From NCBI GenBank assembly GCA_002633005.1, contig NMRA01000560.1, positions 211,740 to 275,739 of the forward strand: 64,000 bases of DNA, written 5' to 3'. Shown piece by piece: positions 1 through 13,762 of this stretch. How positions within the stretch are numbered: the first letter of the stretch is position 1; the number at the start of each line of letters is the position of its first letter. This stretch comes from Phoronis australis. Its lineage: Eukaryota; Animalia; Phoronida. The notes beneath the pieces were generated by a model. The model did no database searches and was not told the origin of the DNA. It saw only the letters and a list, made by a program, of their open reading frames with translations. A program made the position numbers and the translations under genes.

Positions 1-219
1 AACGCACGCCTGATACGCGTTCGATCGATTAGTATGAGATCATGCGAAGGTAAATAATGTCTTGCTGAACGCCAGAGCACTAGACCGCACTATAACGATA
101 ACACGGAGCTGCTTGCACTATTACGTGTACTCGTCGCGGCAAACGAAGGCAAAGCCTACGAAAACGGAAACTGGTTGAGAGCGTTTTTTGAGGAAAAAAA
201 AGCATTTCGTTACCCCTCA

Positions 220-1239
220 ATGATGGAAGCTGAAAACGGTTCGTCTGTGAAACAGCCCACAGATCTAAATCAGGGCATCGTACCTCAGTGGGCGACAGTG
301 TTTGTGGTGATGATTTATTTATTAACCGCAGTCGTTGGAACAGTTGGAAATATGCTCACTATAATTGTTATAAGTATTAACAAAAAGCTTCAGAAAGGAC
401 ATAATGTTTATATTGCCAACTTGTCAGTTGCTGACGTGTTGATATGTTCCATCGTGTGTCCTGTTCAAGTGTCTTGGATAGCTAAAGGAGAAAAGCCTGA
501 TTATGAACTGTGCATATTTATGGCTCAGTTTACAAACTGTAGTATTATTGTATCAGTGCTTAGTCTGGGTTTTATTGCTGTCAATCGCTACATCAAAATT
601 GTTAAACCTACTTCAGTTTATCTAAAAGTCTTCACCAAACTAAACATTGGTATCAGTTTGATTATAATGTGGCTTTGGGCTCTGATGTTGTCGTCCCTTC
701 CGTTGGTGGGTTTTGGAAAATATGGCTTTTACACTAAAACGTTGACATGCGCTTTCACTGACGACTCTTTAAGTACAATATTCATTGTCGTTTCGATTTG
801 CGTTAATTTCATCCCCACCGTGTGTCTAACAGCCGTCTGTTATATTGCCGTAATACGTCATTTTCGAAAGATTCATGCTGCGGCGCAAGCTCATGGCGCG
901 CTCACATTATCCGATTCAACTGCTGCAGACTCAAACAATGCAAGTTTGGAGTCACAGCATCACCACCATCATCATCAAACAAACGGTAAATCATTTATTG
1001 TGGTTAAAAATGTGCTCGTGGTGTTTGTACTATTCATAGTGTTCTGGGCACCTCTAGGTACTCTAATTGCGTTGTTTGAATACGGCTCCTTCCCAAGTTC
1101 TGTCTGTGCGTTATTAATGGCTTTGGCTACAGCAAACTCTTCAGTTAACTTCTTTGTCTATGCCGGAATGAACAATGCTTTCCGAAAGGCCTACATGAAC
1201 CTTGTTACGTTCAAGTGGACGCAATTACGACACGGTTAG
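220..1239 (+). CDS. Intronless class A (rhodopsin-like) GPCR, melatonin-receptor-like
   Basis: Seven hydrophobic segments. Motifs: TM1 GN, TM2 NLSVAD, TM3 NRY in place of DRY, TM4 W, TM6 FWAP, TM7 NSSVNFFVY, helix-8 NNAFRKAY. N-terminal NGS sequon. The ATG at 220 is preferred to the TTG at 175. Confidence 0.9.
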   Translation: MMEAENGSSVKQPTDLNQGIVPQWATVFVVMIYLLTAVVGTVGNMLTIIVISINKKLQKGHNVYIANLSVADVLICSIVCPVQVSWIAKGEKPDYELCIFMAQFTNCSIIVSVLSLGFIAVNRYIKIVKPTSVYLKVFTKLNIGISLIIMWLWALMLSSLPLVGFGKYGFYTKTLTCAFTDDSLSTIFIVVSICVNFIPTVCLTAVCYIAVIRHFRKIHAAAQAHGALTLSDSTAADSNNASLESQHHHHHHQTNGKSFIVVKNVLVVFVLFIVFWAPLGTLIALFEYGSFPSSVCALLMALATANSSVNFFVYAGMNNAFRKAYMNLVTFKWTQLRHG

Positions 1240-2735
1240 AGGACAATTGTTGTCTCAGATTGTCAATTACTGTCAGTGACTTTTTGGAGAATCACGAGAA
1301 TGTCGTTAATACTCTCGTTTCACATCGACATATAGGAATTCGGTACTGAAATTGAACGTTGTGCGGTTTCCGGCCGGCTGTGCTCCGTTGTACTATATAT
1401 TAGTGAATACTTTCAAGGAATTCCTGAACGAAAAGTAGACTTCATGAACAGTCAGAGAACGGATGAAACTGAAAGGGAAGAATGTCCGACGTGACTGTTC
1501 CGGATTACACTGGGACACTTGAATCTTACGGTATTTACCCGCAATGCTGCGGCATCTGTCAAGCAATTCTTTAGACTCGTTTTAGTGTCATTGGAGTTTC
1601 TCATATTATTTGTTTGTACCTTGCATTGACATGTAACAACGCGTCTCCTTCCTCAATGTATTTTAACATCACTAAGGCAGTGACTACGTGATAAACGGAA
1701 CATATGTACAGTACCACACTTTTTTATTCCATGTGACAACTTCATATGAAGAGAAATAATCAACAAAGCATGAAAAATTCCGCAAAGGTCAACAGAATTT
1801 CACGAATTTCGACTCGAACAACACTTTAACAGTTGCTCGGATTTTCACACAAAACTATTTTTTTACGTGAATATTTTTTGTTTTATTTTCGTAAAAAATT
1901 TGCGAAGGCACGTGACCTTCAGGTACAGTCTTACCAGAACACTCACCATGCACGTCATAAATGTATGTACTTGTAGAGTTCAGACATCGCGCACAAATCA
2001 CAATACACGTGTTAGCTTCTCCCCACAGTTATGATGATGTTCACACATTTTCTATTCGGGAAGCGAGTTTTGTATTTCAGGTGGTTGACCGACATCGTTC
2101 AAATAGCGGGATTTTCAAATTGGCGCACTCTAGAGTAATGAGAGCGCAAAACCGAGCTCCGCTCGATCCCGACTCAGATTTGGTGGACAGAAATTCAATT
2201 ACTGCATCGTGTTTCATTAATTTAAAAACATAGGGATAAATCCCATAATCAGCGCCAGCTCCCATTGCTGGATTAAGTGAAGTTCACTTATTTATTTTTG
2301 ATTTTTGACATCGGCTGGGATCATAATTCCCCCGCTTTTGAGTCGTAGCTAACTGTCTTTGCAGGCACGTATTCTTCTCTCAGGGTAAGTTCAGGAGCGC
2401 GCCCTGCGCTATTGGCGCAAAAATACAATCACTGACGCGCTGTGATTGCTTAATCCAGGCCAATGGGCCTGAAAGGAAAATAACATGTAATTCAAATTGG
2501 TCCATAAACTTGAGGACGTGTGAGTCATTTCACCCATACTCGAGTTTTTTTAATGATCAATCATCTGCCTGTTCTCCCTAGTGGGAAACGTATAGAACTT
2601 GATGCCTTATCAACGAATACATGTACTTCAAAAAATTTGCGTTTTGTCGTAAACTATTAGTACACCCAAATGCACTGCAATGGAAATTTGCCGGCTTCAT
2701 GATAGAAGGAAACGTGTTGAAGCGCTGTTAATACC

Positions 2736-3840
2736 CACAGGCGCTTGGGTTCATCGCAAATGACGTCACTCATAATATATAAGAAAACATAAAGGTTGGA
2801 CACTCGAAATCTGTTTGCTCAAAATTTTCTTCTCAAATGTGCACGGAACTCCACGAAACTAGCATCGAACAACTCTTAGAATACTTTCTTTCATTCGATC
2901 TCTTCAAATTGCCTTCAAGTGGTAATTTGGCGACAAAAATGCCAAAAGAATGCCAAAATCACAAATTCAAGGACCTAATTCCGTGATGTCATGACAGAAG
3001 GGTCTTCGCACATCCGGGTTTTGACAGACGCTCCCCAGCTAAATCCGAAGTCTAATTTCGCGCCGCTTTCGCCGTCAATCCATCGACTACTTGATCATGA
3101 GAAGCAGAGAGCACTTTATTGCCAAATAAATGTAATTACTCACATATTTGTGTCAAATATAAATCATCCTGAAACTGTATTGATATGCGAAGTTTTTTGT
3201 GTACGGTGATTTCTTATGAAGGTTTTACTTTTGGCCAAAACCATTGAGTTAACTCGTCGGCCACGCGCATTGTAATACTTGCACGGACTGCGTTTCCTGG
3301 CCGAGTGTGTGTTGTGCTTCAATCAAAAAAGTGCGTGATGTCAAGATGAGAAACAAGATACGCCAGTTTATGCAATAAAATTCTAAGTTAAGGGCTAAAA
3401 TGAGCCGTCAGTGGAATAAAATTACAAATAATCATTAAAATACTAACTTTAACATTCTCAATTAGTTGAGTTTTGGATTAGAGTTATTGAAATATAGGTT
3501 GCTTGCTCAAACTCGAAGTTTCACCTACGTCAGGCGTACAAGTTGAAGCACAACTGAAATCCGCCATGTTTACTATTTCAGGTCCTTGAATTAAGAGTTT
3601 TGAGATTGTTTTGGAAATTCCATCGCCAATTCACCACTCACGAAGACAGTTAATGGGATCTAGGAAAGATAAGGCTTCGAAGGTTTATGCAACACCAGAC
3701 TGAGGGAGGTGCACGAAGATTTTATTTGGATTTTGGACGGTTGAAGTTGGGAGCCTCGGCTTGGCAAAGTTTAAGTGTCCAACCTTTATATTTTCTTATA
3801 ATTTGAGTGACGTCATTTGCGATAAACCCAAGCGCCTGTG
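2736..3840. mobile_element. Non-autonomous TIR element (MITE) with 8-bp TSD, hAT/P-type
   Basis: Termini are CACAGGCGCTTGGGTT...AACCCAAGCGCCTGTG. The inverted repeat is clear for ~70 bp and imperfect to ~240 bp. Perfect TSD TTAATACC at 2728-2735 and 3841-3848. No coding capacity. Confidence 0.9.
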
Positions 3841-4189
3841 TTAATACCAAAGGCAGAAACTTCCCGTTTGCATTGCATGAACCCTGTAGGTGGCACTGAA
3901 AGCCTGTCTACAAAATGTCTGATCGCCGTCTGACGGGGTAGTGAATTTTAATATGGCGCGGCCATTTCGAAAATCATCTATTTCGGTGGGACTAACCGGG
4001 GAAGACAATCAGTTGATAGGTCAAAACTGAAACTAGCGTAACCTTTTCAAAACTAATTTCATTTTTACGCTTGAAACCAATAAGAAGTGAGCACAAATTT
4101 TACACTACATTTTCCTCGACGTTACTGAACATGCTTTACTATCTCGCACGGCTGTCTAGATTTCGAGTTCGTTCCCAAATGTTTGCTAG

Positions 4190-5200
4190 GGAGAAGGCGT
4201 GATGTGATAGTAGACAGAACTGATTACATAAATTCTTTAAAAAACAATCTTAAGGATGAAGTTACACTTTACATAGAAGGGCAGTTACAGAGTTATTTAC
4301 GCAAGGTTAAGAATAGTGGTCGATTCGGTGCCGATACTATTTATATCCTCAAGATACAACTTTATGGTCTACATAAAATGTACCAGGGTGGAGACGGCTT
4401 CTTTCATCCATTTAAAACCATTGTGTCTTCTGTGAACCGTAGCGCACCATAGGGGGCTGGGGGGAGGGCTATAGCCCCACTTTTTTCAGTGCTGCGCCGC
4501 CCATGGTCTGTACGTGGTGCGCCACAGGGGGGCTGGGGGGCTTTACCCCCACTTTTTTCAGTGCTCCATCGCCCATGTGAACACGTAACCGTTTGTAACC
4601 TTGCCACATACCCAGTACAAGCTACTCAAACTCCATGGTAATGGTGATTACGGAGCAGGTGAGAAGCTCTGTTTTGTCTACGAGATCACTGACTGTTTCA
4701 TGGCCTGGTTTGACTTTGAAAGTCTCTTTCCTAACTTGCCTGTTGATGACTGTTTGTCTGGCAATTGATTGTATTCTTAGAACTAGCCCTGACCTTCAAT
4801 TGACACGAGAAGAACTCATGGCGTTATTTGAATTTTCTAGAACTAAGTCCCATTTTCTGTTTAATGGGTAAGTTTTTAATCATGTCGATGGCATAACAAT
4901 GGGCTCTCCTCTTAGCCCCCGCATAACACTTGGTCATCATGAAAAACACGGAATGAGCATAACACTGGTTCCTGTTTACATTTCTATAGTAGACATTAGA
5001 TGATGTGCTTTTTTATTTGATCATGAACAATATTTTTAATAAAGAATTTTATATCTTTTTAAACTCCAGGCATCCAAATTTCATATTCACTATAGCGTTT
5101 GAGACGCGAAACCAAAGGGCCTTTCTAGGTGGGTTGGTGAAACATTCTTTGAGTTCTGTGGTTATATCCTTGTTTCGTAAGCTCGTGAGAAAACTTACGC
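4190..5200 (+). pseudogene. Degenerate Penelope-like retroelement reverse transcriptase
   Basis: Frameshifted remnants in the expected order: LYGLHKMY..PFKTIVSSVN, FDFESLFPNLPVDD-like, SHFLFNG..DGITMGSPL, IDD-like, FLNSRHPNFIFT. Interrupted by a two-copy G/C-run insert at ~4445-4580. Confidence 0.7.
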
Positions 5201-7723
5201 TGGACTACTTGCTATTGATGTTTCATGAGCCATTCCACGAAAAAAAAGAAATCAAAAATCACTCCAGAGGTAATCAGCTTAAACTTTGTGTATGTGATCA
5301 TGGTGTGGCTCTGACTCAAAAATCGCCAATTTTGCACTTATTGACCTCTTAGTTTTTTACCCCTATAGGCCTTCAAAGGTGTATGAAGAAAATGACACGT
5401 TTTTGCATGCCAAAAACAGCAATTTTCCAAAATAAATAAAAATAGATTGCATGCAATGAGAGAAAACTATATTATGGGAACAAAATACGAGACATGAGGA
5501 CAACCAAGTAAAATTAATATTAATGATTTGGCTGCATTAATCACGTAACAGGGGAGGTGAATCCGTAGCACTTTTTGTACTGTTGAAAGTGGGCATCACT
5601 CAAGTTCTTCAACAAGTCAGTTTGCGGGGCTTTGGACATAGAAATATACGTTTTTGGATAGATATTGGATTTGTGAACAAATTTAAAAAATCTCTCAAAT
5701 GGGCTTTTTTAATTTTTTTGTTCTAAAAATGCTCCAATGTTGCGTATTTTGCACTTTTTAAACGAATATTTTTGTAACTTCGTTACATTTAAAATGGTTT
5801 CAAGAAAAATGAATAATGGGAATCAACATTTGAGGGACCATGATGCTGTTTGACACATCCCTATCACCATTTCATCCTGCATATGGCGTTCATAACTGAC
5901 CGTGGGCCAGAGATTATGCTATGTTCAGCGTTAACGATATTGTGAGAAACGTCTTGACAGCTGTGGATGCAGAGTAGGACTAATTTTTGGAAACGAGGAA
6001 GTTGAGATTTAAAATCTTGTTTAGACATGCGCCAACTTCAAAAATTGATTATTTCTGAACTATCGGCAAGTACGGTATTGTTTGCAAATACAACTATATC
6101 CTTCTGTAGTTTGCCACGAAGACCTGAATTCAGACTGTATTTTTTACATGCAGCTTACATCTAAACGTGAGTATACCCTCCGTGTTATCATTTTTTCTCT
6201 TGTTGAAGACTCTCCTTTTCCTGGGTCTCGTTCCACGATGATGTGTAAGTTCAAAAAATGCGTTAAGTTGAACTCTGGAGGCAGACATTTTTAGAAAACT
6301 AGCGAGGACTAGTCGGCTATGGCTGCGGTCACCGGGTCATTAGAATAGCTGGTAATGGGCATACAAAACACACGATTTTATGAGGAACGGGCCTCAATAT
6401 TCTTAGATGAATAAAGTGATTTAATTGAGTGATTTGAACTAGGTTTCATTGAAAGTGGGTTGTATGGAACAAAAACGGCCAACGTCGAAGTCACCGATGT
6501 TTAATATTCGTTTTTATGCGATGTAGCAAAATGGTTAGTATTCAAAATTGCCTTATCTGTCTACAACCATGCGTGATATTGACAGCGATCTGCAACACAA
6601 AAATGGCGCATCATGAGACACGTGACTTCACGTCCATTAATACTAGAATGTCCAATCTCTGTCTTTATTTATATGTGCTTTGGACTAACGAACATTTACC
6701 AAATAGCATATTCTATCTTGAAAGATAATAGAAAGAGAAAATGCATGTTTTTGAAGTCCGAAAGGACGACAGTCAGCTATTTTGGAGTTAAACTATCGAC
6801 CAAGACCCGGTTTGAGCAAAATGATCATATCCCTTCAGAGTGCCAACGTATTTTCTTTTTCTCCCGCCAGGCCTTTCAATTTACGCATACACGTCACGGT
6901 TTTATACGTTGTTACCACCATGATTTCAGACATGTTTGACATCATAGGAAGAATGATATTTCTTTCAGCTTTTCACTTGTTTAAAACACGTTACTACGCC
7001 GCCACTTTTTAAACTATTGGCTCGCCCTTCCCAAAGGCGATCCTTTGCTGTTGCACTGGCAAAATCCTGCAAATAAATGCGTGCTTTTATTTCCTTCCAC
7101 CACAAATGTCTTTAAGAAATTGTCTTTCGTAACCAAGGTGGTTGACAGAACCCGTCGGCATCAGAAACTTAAATTGGTCTTTTTGCGTGGAACATGAGCG
7201 ATGACTCCAAAGCAATAAAACACTGACTGAAATAAATCAAACTATCGTGGACTCAAACGGGTGTTTTTCTTCTATCAAATTGGCTTCCGAAATTGAATTC
7301 TCCATGAAAAACAAATTGTTATTGTCGTTTTTACCCGAAGAAATGCGATAAATATTAGCCAAAATATGATGTCGTTGTTTTTGTTGTGCTTACCAAGGGA
7401 AGTGTGTTCCCTGTAATGCCGTAATACCTTTGAGCGCCAATAAAAATTGCAAGAACGCTTTAACAATAAAAACGAGTTACCAGATCCTGGAAACTTCTTT
7501 CATCTGAATTTGAAACTGTACGGGGTACATTTTTGACTATACCAAGAAACTACTCATGTTAAAAAAAACAATAGAAAGCACATAGGGACACATCTATAAA
7601 TTCGAGCTGGCACCTTCGACAGAATTTCATTCAAACAATTTTAGAAAGGAGACGTAAAGTGTGTGAACCGTTTTTCCCCGTGTGACAAGCACCATGCAAA
7701 TTCATGAAATATGACATCCCTTT

Positions 7724-7881
7724 CGTAAAATGTAACAATGCTACATTTCTCGCATTCAACGTAAAGTACGTGTAACAATTACATAAAATGTAACAACTTG
7801 TTACATTTTAGGAGAGGCCTAGCAACGTAAAATGTAACAGTGACGTAAAATGTAACAGTTATTACATTTTACGGCGTATCA
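7724..7881. repeat. Cluster of (T)AAAATGTAACA motifs in both orientations; probably one end of a TIR element
   Basis: About six direct or inverted copies ending ...TACATTTTACGGCGTATCA. No partner end was found. Confidence 0.45.
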
Positions 7882-8956
7882 GTGCGTCTCGATCTACTCG
7901 CTGTGTCGTTCTTATATTTTATAACAATACAACGAGACGCGTGTTTGTCACGTTGTATCGTTGTAGGAAAAACCGGATCCCGCGCTTATATGAGAAAAGC
8001 GCGGGCTTCACTTTTCTAGTATCAAGAGCAACACTTGTAAGATATCGGAAGATCGTCAATTGGCCATATCTGGCAAAAGCCTACCGGTCAAAACTTAACA
8101 TAAGCACCGCGGCTCTACTTATACAGAGTTACTTCTACAGTGTTATAGATATGCGGATAAATGCATGAAGTGGTCGACAAGGTCTTACATAGGCTTACCC
8201 TTAATCCTTATTATAATGAAAAATTAAAAAGGTCTTTGAAGATTTACTGAACTGATCTTAGAGATATGTTGCATTAACACTCGGGAGAGTTAAGATCTTT
8301 AATTTGCTAGTCCTTGCTTAACTTGTGCGCCTGTCTACATCTTTACCGTCACCTTCCCTGAAAGTTATTGAATTTTTGCAGCGTAGGTGTTTCAAATTTA
8401 TCTAGCGTGGTAAACAGGATAAAATTAGTAGAAGCCAGATTCAGAATTTCCAATATGGTGGATGCAAAATTATTGATACATAGTCTTTTATAGAAATCCC
8501 TTAATTTCCATGTCTCATTAGATTTATAAAATACGTTTATAATATCACATTTTGCTATGCTCTGCTGAATGATAATATTCTGCACTTTGAGGTCTCCTTT
8601 TGGAAGGATGCATTTCTGTTGTAGCAGACGTACGCTAAAGATACTCTATCGCATGTAGTGAAGAAGACTCTTCACGAACCAACATAGTATAATCCAACAA
8701 CATTAATATGATAGATCAATTGAGGTTTAACAGAGCCTAATGCAAAAAGGGTGTAATATCTGTCCATCGACAAGTTAAGCTCTGAAGATGAATTCTGCAA
8801 TATCAGTGTTCTGTGTAACTTATAGCTTTTCTCATTCATTTATATTATCTTTGGTTTGTGATACATTACTCGACCAAAACAGCATAGATTTAAAAATAGT
8901 GCACTATCAAGTGTCACTGGTCTTCCACATTGCACCAAATTCAACTTTAGTTTCTG

Positions 8957-9445
8957 ATGAAGTGGAGTCAAAAAATTAGATCTCCCGGATGCTGCAGAAT
9001 GGTGATACAATGTTTTTCTTACACCTATTCATTCACCGAAAATGTTTCTCTGAGATGGTTTCAGTTTAGGCTGGTTCATAGAGTTATAGGTTGTAATGAA
9101 TTTTTATACAGGATTGGCGTAACTGATAGCTCATTGTGCACTTTTTGTTTAGATGAAATTGAATTTATTGTCCATGTTTACTGGTCTTGTAATGTTACTC
9201 AGCAGTTTTGGACTAATGTAAATAACTGGCTCGAAGATGCTGTTGGACATAGTTTAGAACTGTCTACACAATCAGTTCTGTTTGGTGTTCAGGTGGAAGC
9301 AGTTTTACAAAGTATGGATCTTTCTCTTGGCCAGTACCACATTTATAAACAAAGATTAAAATGCAAATATCCCTGCATTGTACTGTTTAAAAAGGAAGTT
9401 GCATTGTACATTTCCACTGAACGGTATTATAAACAAAATGAAGTA
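8957..9445 (+). pseudogene. 3' fragment of Tx1/L1-clade LINE ORF2 (zf-RVT region)
   Basis: LRWFQFRLVHRVIGCNEFLYRIG...LCTFCLDEIEFIVHVYWSC matches the CCHC zinc-binding C-terminus of L1/Tx1 ORF2. Confidence 0.8.
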
Positions 9446-9446
9446 T

Positions 9447-9518
9447 GGTGAATTTAGTTTAGTGGCAAGAGCACTATACCGGCAATCTAGGGACCTGTGG
9501 TTCGATTCCCAGTTGGGG
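9447..9518 (+). mobile_element. tRNA-derived SINE head or pseudo-tRNA
   Basis: A-box-like TAGTTTAGTGG and B-box GGTTCGATTCCC at tRNA spacing. The acceptor stem does not pair. Confidence 0.55.
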
Positions 9519-12500
9519 TTCCTGATTTTTCTGTGTTTATTTGATACATTTCACTACTGGCCAACCTCAGCGTCTATGTATTTACTATATAAAATTATAA
9601 TGTTTTAGTGATAATTAAGCTAATTAAGCACTGCAACTTCAGTGGACATTGCGAGTGAATGTTGAAATGGAAAACATGGTAAAGGCATGTATAGATTATA
9701 CGGACAGAAAACAAGTTTTCACAGAATAATTAACTGAAGACCTTTAGATTTTCACTTCTCAAAACTTAATCGACTTTTTCTAGGCTTCGGCAAATCGGCT
9801 TAATTTGAACTTAAGAATACGAGTTCTCGAACACGGCATGGTGGATTTCGCTGAAACTTTCAAAAGTCAATGCTTGTTCATCAATCTCAAAAACAACGTT
9901 TGGATTTTTGATATGAACTCGTAGTTTTTGCGTAATGTAACAAAAGCGAATGCGACTGCTATTTTTTAACAAAATTAACTTACGTTTTGCGGGTTAATCT
10001 ATCACAGAAACCAAACAAAAGACCAATCGAAAATTCCTAACAGCGTTTTTGAGGTAACTGGTGAAGTTTTCATTTAAAAAGATTTCATTAAAAACGACCT
10101 TTCTTAAGAATGAAATTCTGACTTTAAAAAAGTGTTCACGTAATAATAATAATGACACATAAATATAAAACATATTTTCACAATCTTCCCTGATCTTTTT
10201 CTTTCAGAATATATTTACTTTTTACTAGTTGACAAATCCCACTTAGAATGCAGGCCACTAAATAAGGTCTGAGATAACCTTAATACAGTCGAGCTCAGCA
10301 GCAAGAAGTCGATATCATACTGAGATTAAAAATATAATTAATTTTGACGATGGTAAATGGGAATCAACAGCAAATTCAAACCGCAACAACCTTCAGATTG
10401 GTTATTATGGCTTCAGACAGACAGATTGAGACTACTTTGCTTCAAAATTTAAAATACGTATTGTTGTTTTTATAATCGTACAGAGTTAATGTCAGTACAC
10501 TTAGGAATAACTTCTAGTCGTGATCGAATCTTGGACTCTGTCGCGCACTTTGATTAGTTCCCCATTACATTTATTATGACGTCATTAACTTTATAGCCTC
10601 ATAAAGATGATTACTGTTTTTCATCTTCCGAGTGTATATTGTAATCTAGCAATGGACATTATCTTTTTAAACAAATCGTTTATCACTTTGAATATTAAAA
10701 GAATTTCCAGAAAAATCGTCAGATTCAGTGTTTTTGAACCACAGACGAAATATTCACTTATTCACCCCAATAAAGTTTTCAAAATTTTCACCCTTAATAA
10801 GATTTATGCGCGTATGCGTTCAAAGAACTGCCTAGTAAACATTTCCCCCGTCAAATGCCAAAGGTCACATTTTCCATATAAGGTAAATGTGCTATGTCTT
10901 ACTATACCAAATAAAAAAACCTGTGGGAGAAAAATCGTCGAAGTGATGAGCAGCTGACAGGTTGTTTTTTGGAAATTTGAAGCTAAAGGAAAAATAGTAT
11001 GACATCAACAGAAATTTTTAAATTTATCTACTTTAAAAAGTATTTACAAACAAACCGTTAAAATACCTGGTGAACAAGTTGGCTGCTCTTTCAGAAGTAG
11101 AGAACTATTTTGAATAATGCAATTTAGTCTGGTTTTCGCGGTGTGTGCCACTTCAATGCAAGGGATCTGTGGAGCTTTCGACTGCTACAGTAGAACGAAT
11201 GGGTTCGAATCTGTGACGCTGCTAATTTCTCTGGCATTACTGTTCTTGCCAAGAGAGATCTTATATCTAAAGTAGGTGTATTGTTTTCAAGTAAAATCTA
11301 TATTTGAACGTAGAATATCTGTTTAATGGAAACCCGGCGGACTTTGGCCCTCCTCACAGTAACATTAAGAACACCAAATAATGCGTGTTGATTACTTTAC
11401 ACGCTTTCCGTCGATTTATCTTTAACAAAAATTGTTATATTGGATAGCTCTTTAATATGTAATAGTGCTCCACTACTAAGAGATCAGCGATACTTTGAGC
11501 ATTTCTTTAATCCCATTTTGACTTCTATTGCCCCGAGCCACTTCATTTCTCATTTAGACCATGGGAGCTTCTTTCGATCTCGGTACCCGATCACTTAAAA
11601 TATGCCATTAGTATACGCCATACATGTATAAAGTAAAGGAGGGAGTACTGCAAGCGTACGCTATTGCACAGGCAAACAATGTGCCCGAAGTCAGATATAG
11701 ATGCGCCGGAAGTCTACCGAGGTCGCCATCTCACCACTAAGGTGGCACTGAATAGTTAGGCTGCGGCCGCGGCCAATTTGCACTGCCAAAATATAGAAAT
11801 TTTGGGGTAGGCCAAGTTTGGGGGCATTTTGTAGGTGGGCATTGCACGTAGGCTCAGTGAATGTGGTTTGTTTGTATTTGTGAACATGCTGTGAATAAAA
11901 AGGCCACTTTCTTGGCTGTAGCTGCACTCTTCTTCAAGACGGCGGCCCCCGGCTGCAATTGTGCATTGTTGGGTAGCGACCGAGAAATCGGCTGTGACTT
12001 TAGGTAGCCCTCAAACAAGCAAGAATTGCCAAAAAACTAGTTGGTTGACAGTACTTTTGGACCACATTTTCGGAATCGGTAGGAAATTTGCTTTCAGACT
12101 CTAATGTTGGTTTTAGTCGTGCATCGGCAGGGAAGTGGTGTTTTTCGGGTGAAAAGTGCCGATTTTGCATTTTTTGCCCTTATTTTTCTTAGTCTAGCTT
12201 GGTTTTCAGTGGGAATGAAATGGTCAAAAATACAAGAAAGAATAAAGTTTCTGTGCTCATCTGCTGGGCTTTTTATGTGAAATAATTGAAAACATGCCAT
12301 CCTTTGCATCCTGTTTTTGACAGAGTGAAGAAAAGGTTACAAATCAAGTGATGTGCGTTTTGCTAGGCAAAACCCAGTGAGAACTGTTCTGTGCCTCCTA
12401 AGTGTGCGTCGACCGCTGTGATTGCCAACCTTGTCCACAAGCCTCAAGATGGCGCTGATCGGTTTAGCCATTTGAGGCTTGGATATGGGAAGTGCAACAT

Positions 12501-13684
12501 GTCAGAATTCTGACACATTTTTACGAAAATCGGCGGAATATCACAAGTAATATGAAGTTATATCAACTTAACATTTTCTACCAATATAATATAAAAGTGA
12601 AAAATGACGGTATATTGCAGCAATTTAGGTATGAAATGATGCATTTTCATTCGAAAACAGATTTAATTCCTATGATACTAGTAACAAAAAAGAATTGAAA
12701 ATAAGTAGTCGAACAACCTTTATTTCAAACAGTAACCAAATGTCTTCTGCTTCATGAATTGCAGCAACAACGCCTGTGAAAATAATTAAAATCTGCCTTT
12801 GTTTAAATGCCGTCAAGGCAGCGGCCAATCATTGGGCGGAAGGTATTTCCCATAGACCCAATTCACGCGGCGGACATTAAAATCCAAAGCGAGGCTCACT
12901 GTGATAAACAACTTGAAGTTAACATTGCGTGAGTTAAATAGCCGGTCTTTCGAGTCCAACCTGGATATTAAATTTTAATAATGTGTCGACAATTAACTAC
13001 AGAGATGTAGAAAATTACATTAGAGAACAGGTTAAGGCGCCAAAGAGTTGTCTGACGAAAGAGTTTAATTTTTTTCGGAAAACTGGGTTCGAAACATGAA
13101 AAGTAAATATGACGGCGATCGTAGTGTTACGCTAAGTGAACATAATGGGTCTGGGGTCTTGACCCATTATGACCATTTTAACCCATTAAGACCATGCTGA
13201 CATGCAAATCTTATGCTAACAGGATTTGCATGCAAGTGGACGAGAAAGCGTGCATTGTTTACCAAGAGTAACCAGCGAAGTCCTCATCACCCCAAGGCTT
13301 AATGGCGCCCTCACGGATTGAGGTGAGCTAATCACTATTCGTGGCTTGGCTGAACCAATGAGCTATACCTGCCTCCCGTTCAGTAACGCTAGTACCTCGC
13401 TAAAAAGCAAGACTTCGCGAGATTACGTGACTAGATATAGCCGTGTATTTTAAATGAGAACACGTGATTCTGGCTAGATTTTAGGTAGGTCAGTCATAAC
13501 GTAGGTCCTAGCGCTACTGAACGCAAGCCTGGTATAGCTAATGGGGCTATTCGGAAAATTGTCCTCGCGGTGTCGCTGCTGTACTGGTGGTGATTGAATT
13601 GCGCATGCATGGCTGTCTGCATGTAAACAACTGGTAAAAGATGCAATTTTTATCAAAATACGTCGTCGCGCTAAGCCTTATTAC

Positions 13685-13733
13685 CACCCCGGCCAACCCG
13701 CGATCGAGAACGACCGGAAGGCGATCGAGAACG
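13685..13733 (+). repeat. Left TIR
   Basis: CACCCCGGCCAACCCGCGATCGAGAACGACCGGAAGGCGATCGAGAACG. Confidence 0.95.
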
Positions 13734-13762
13734 AAATTTGGCGCGAGAAGTGAAGCCAGAAA

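Noticed and set aside
5279-7600. Possible 2.3-kb non-autonomous DNA transposon
   Set aside because: It reads like a repeat, but I could not establish matching TIRs or a TSD.
9447-9518. Functional tRNA genes (also ~52750-52812 and ~58571-58612)
   Set aside because: Only box A/B remnants; the stems do not form a cloverleaf.
11600-13200. GC-richer patches and short inverted GACCCA(T/A)T motifs that might be MITEs or a promoter
   Set aside because: Boundaries, TSDs and coding signal are not supportable from the sequence alone.
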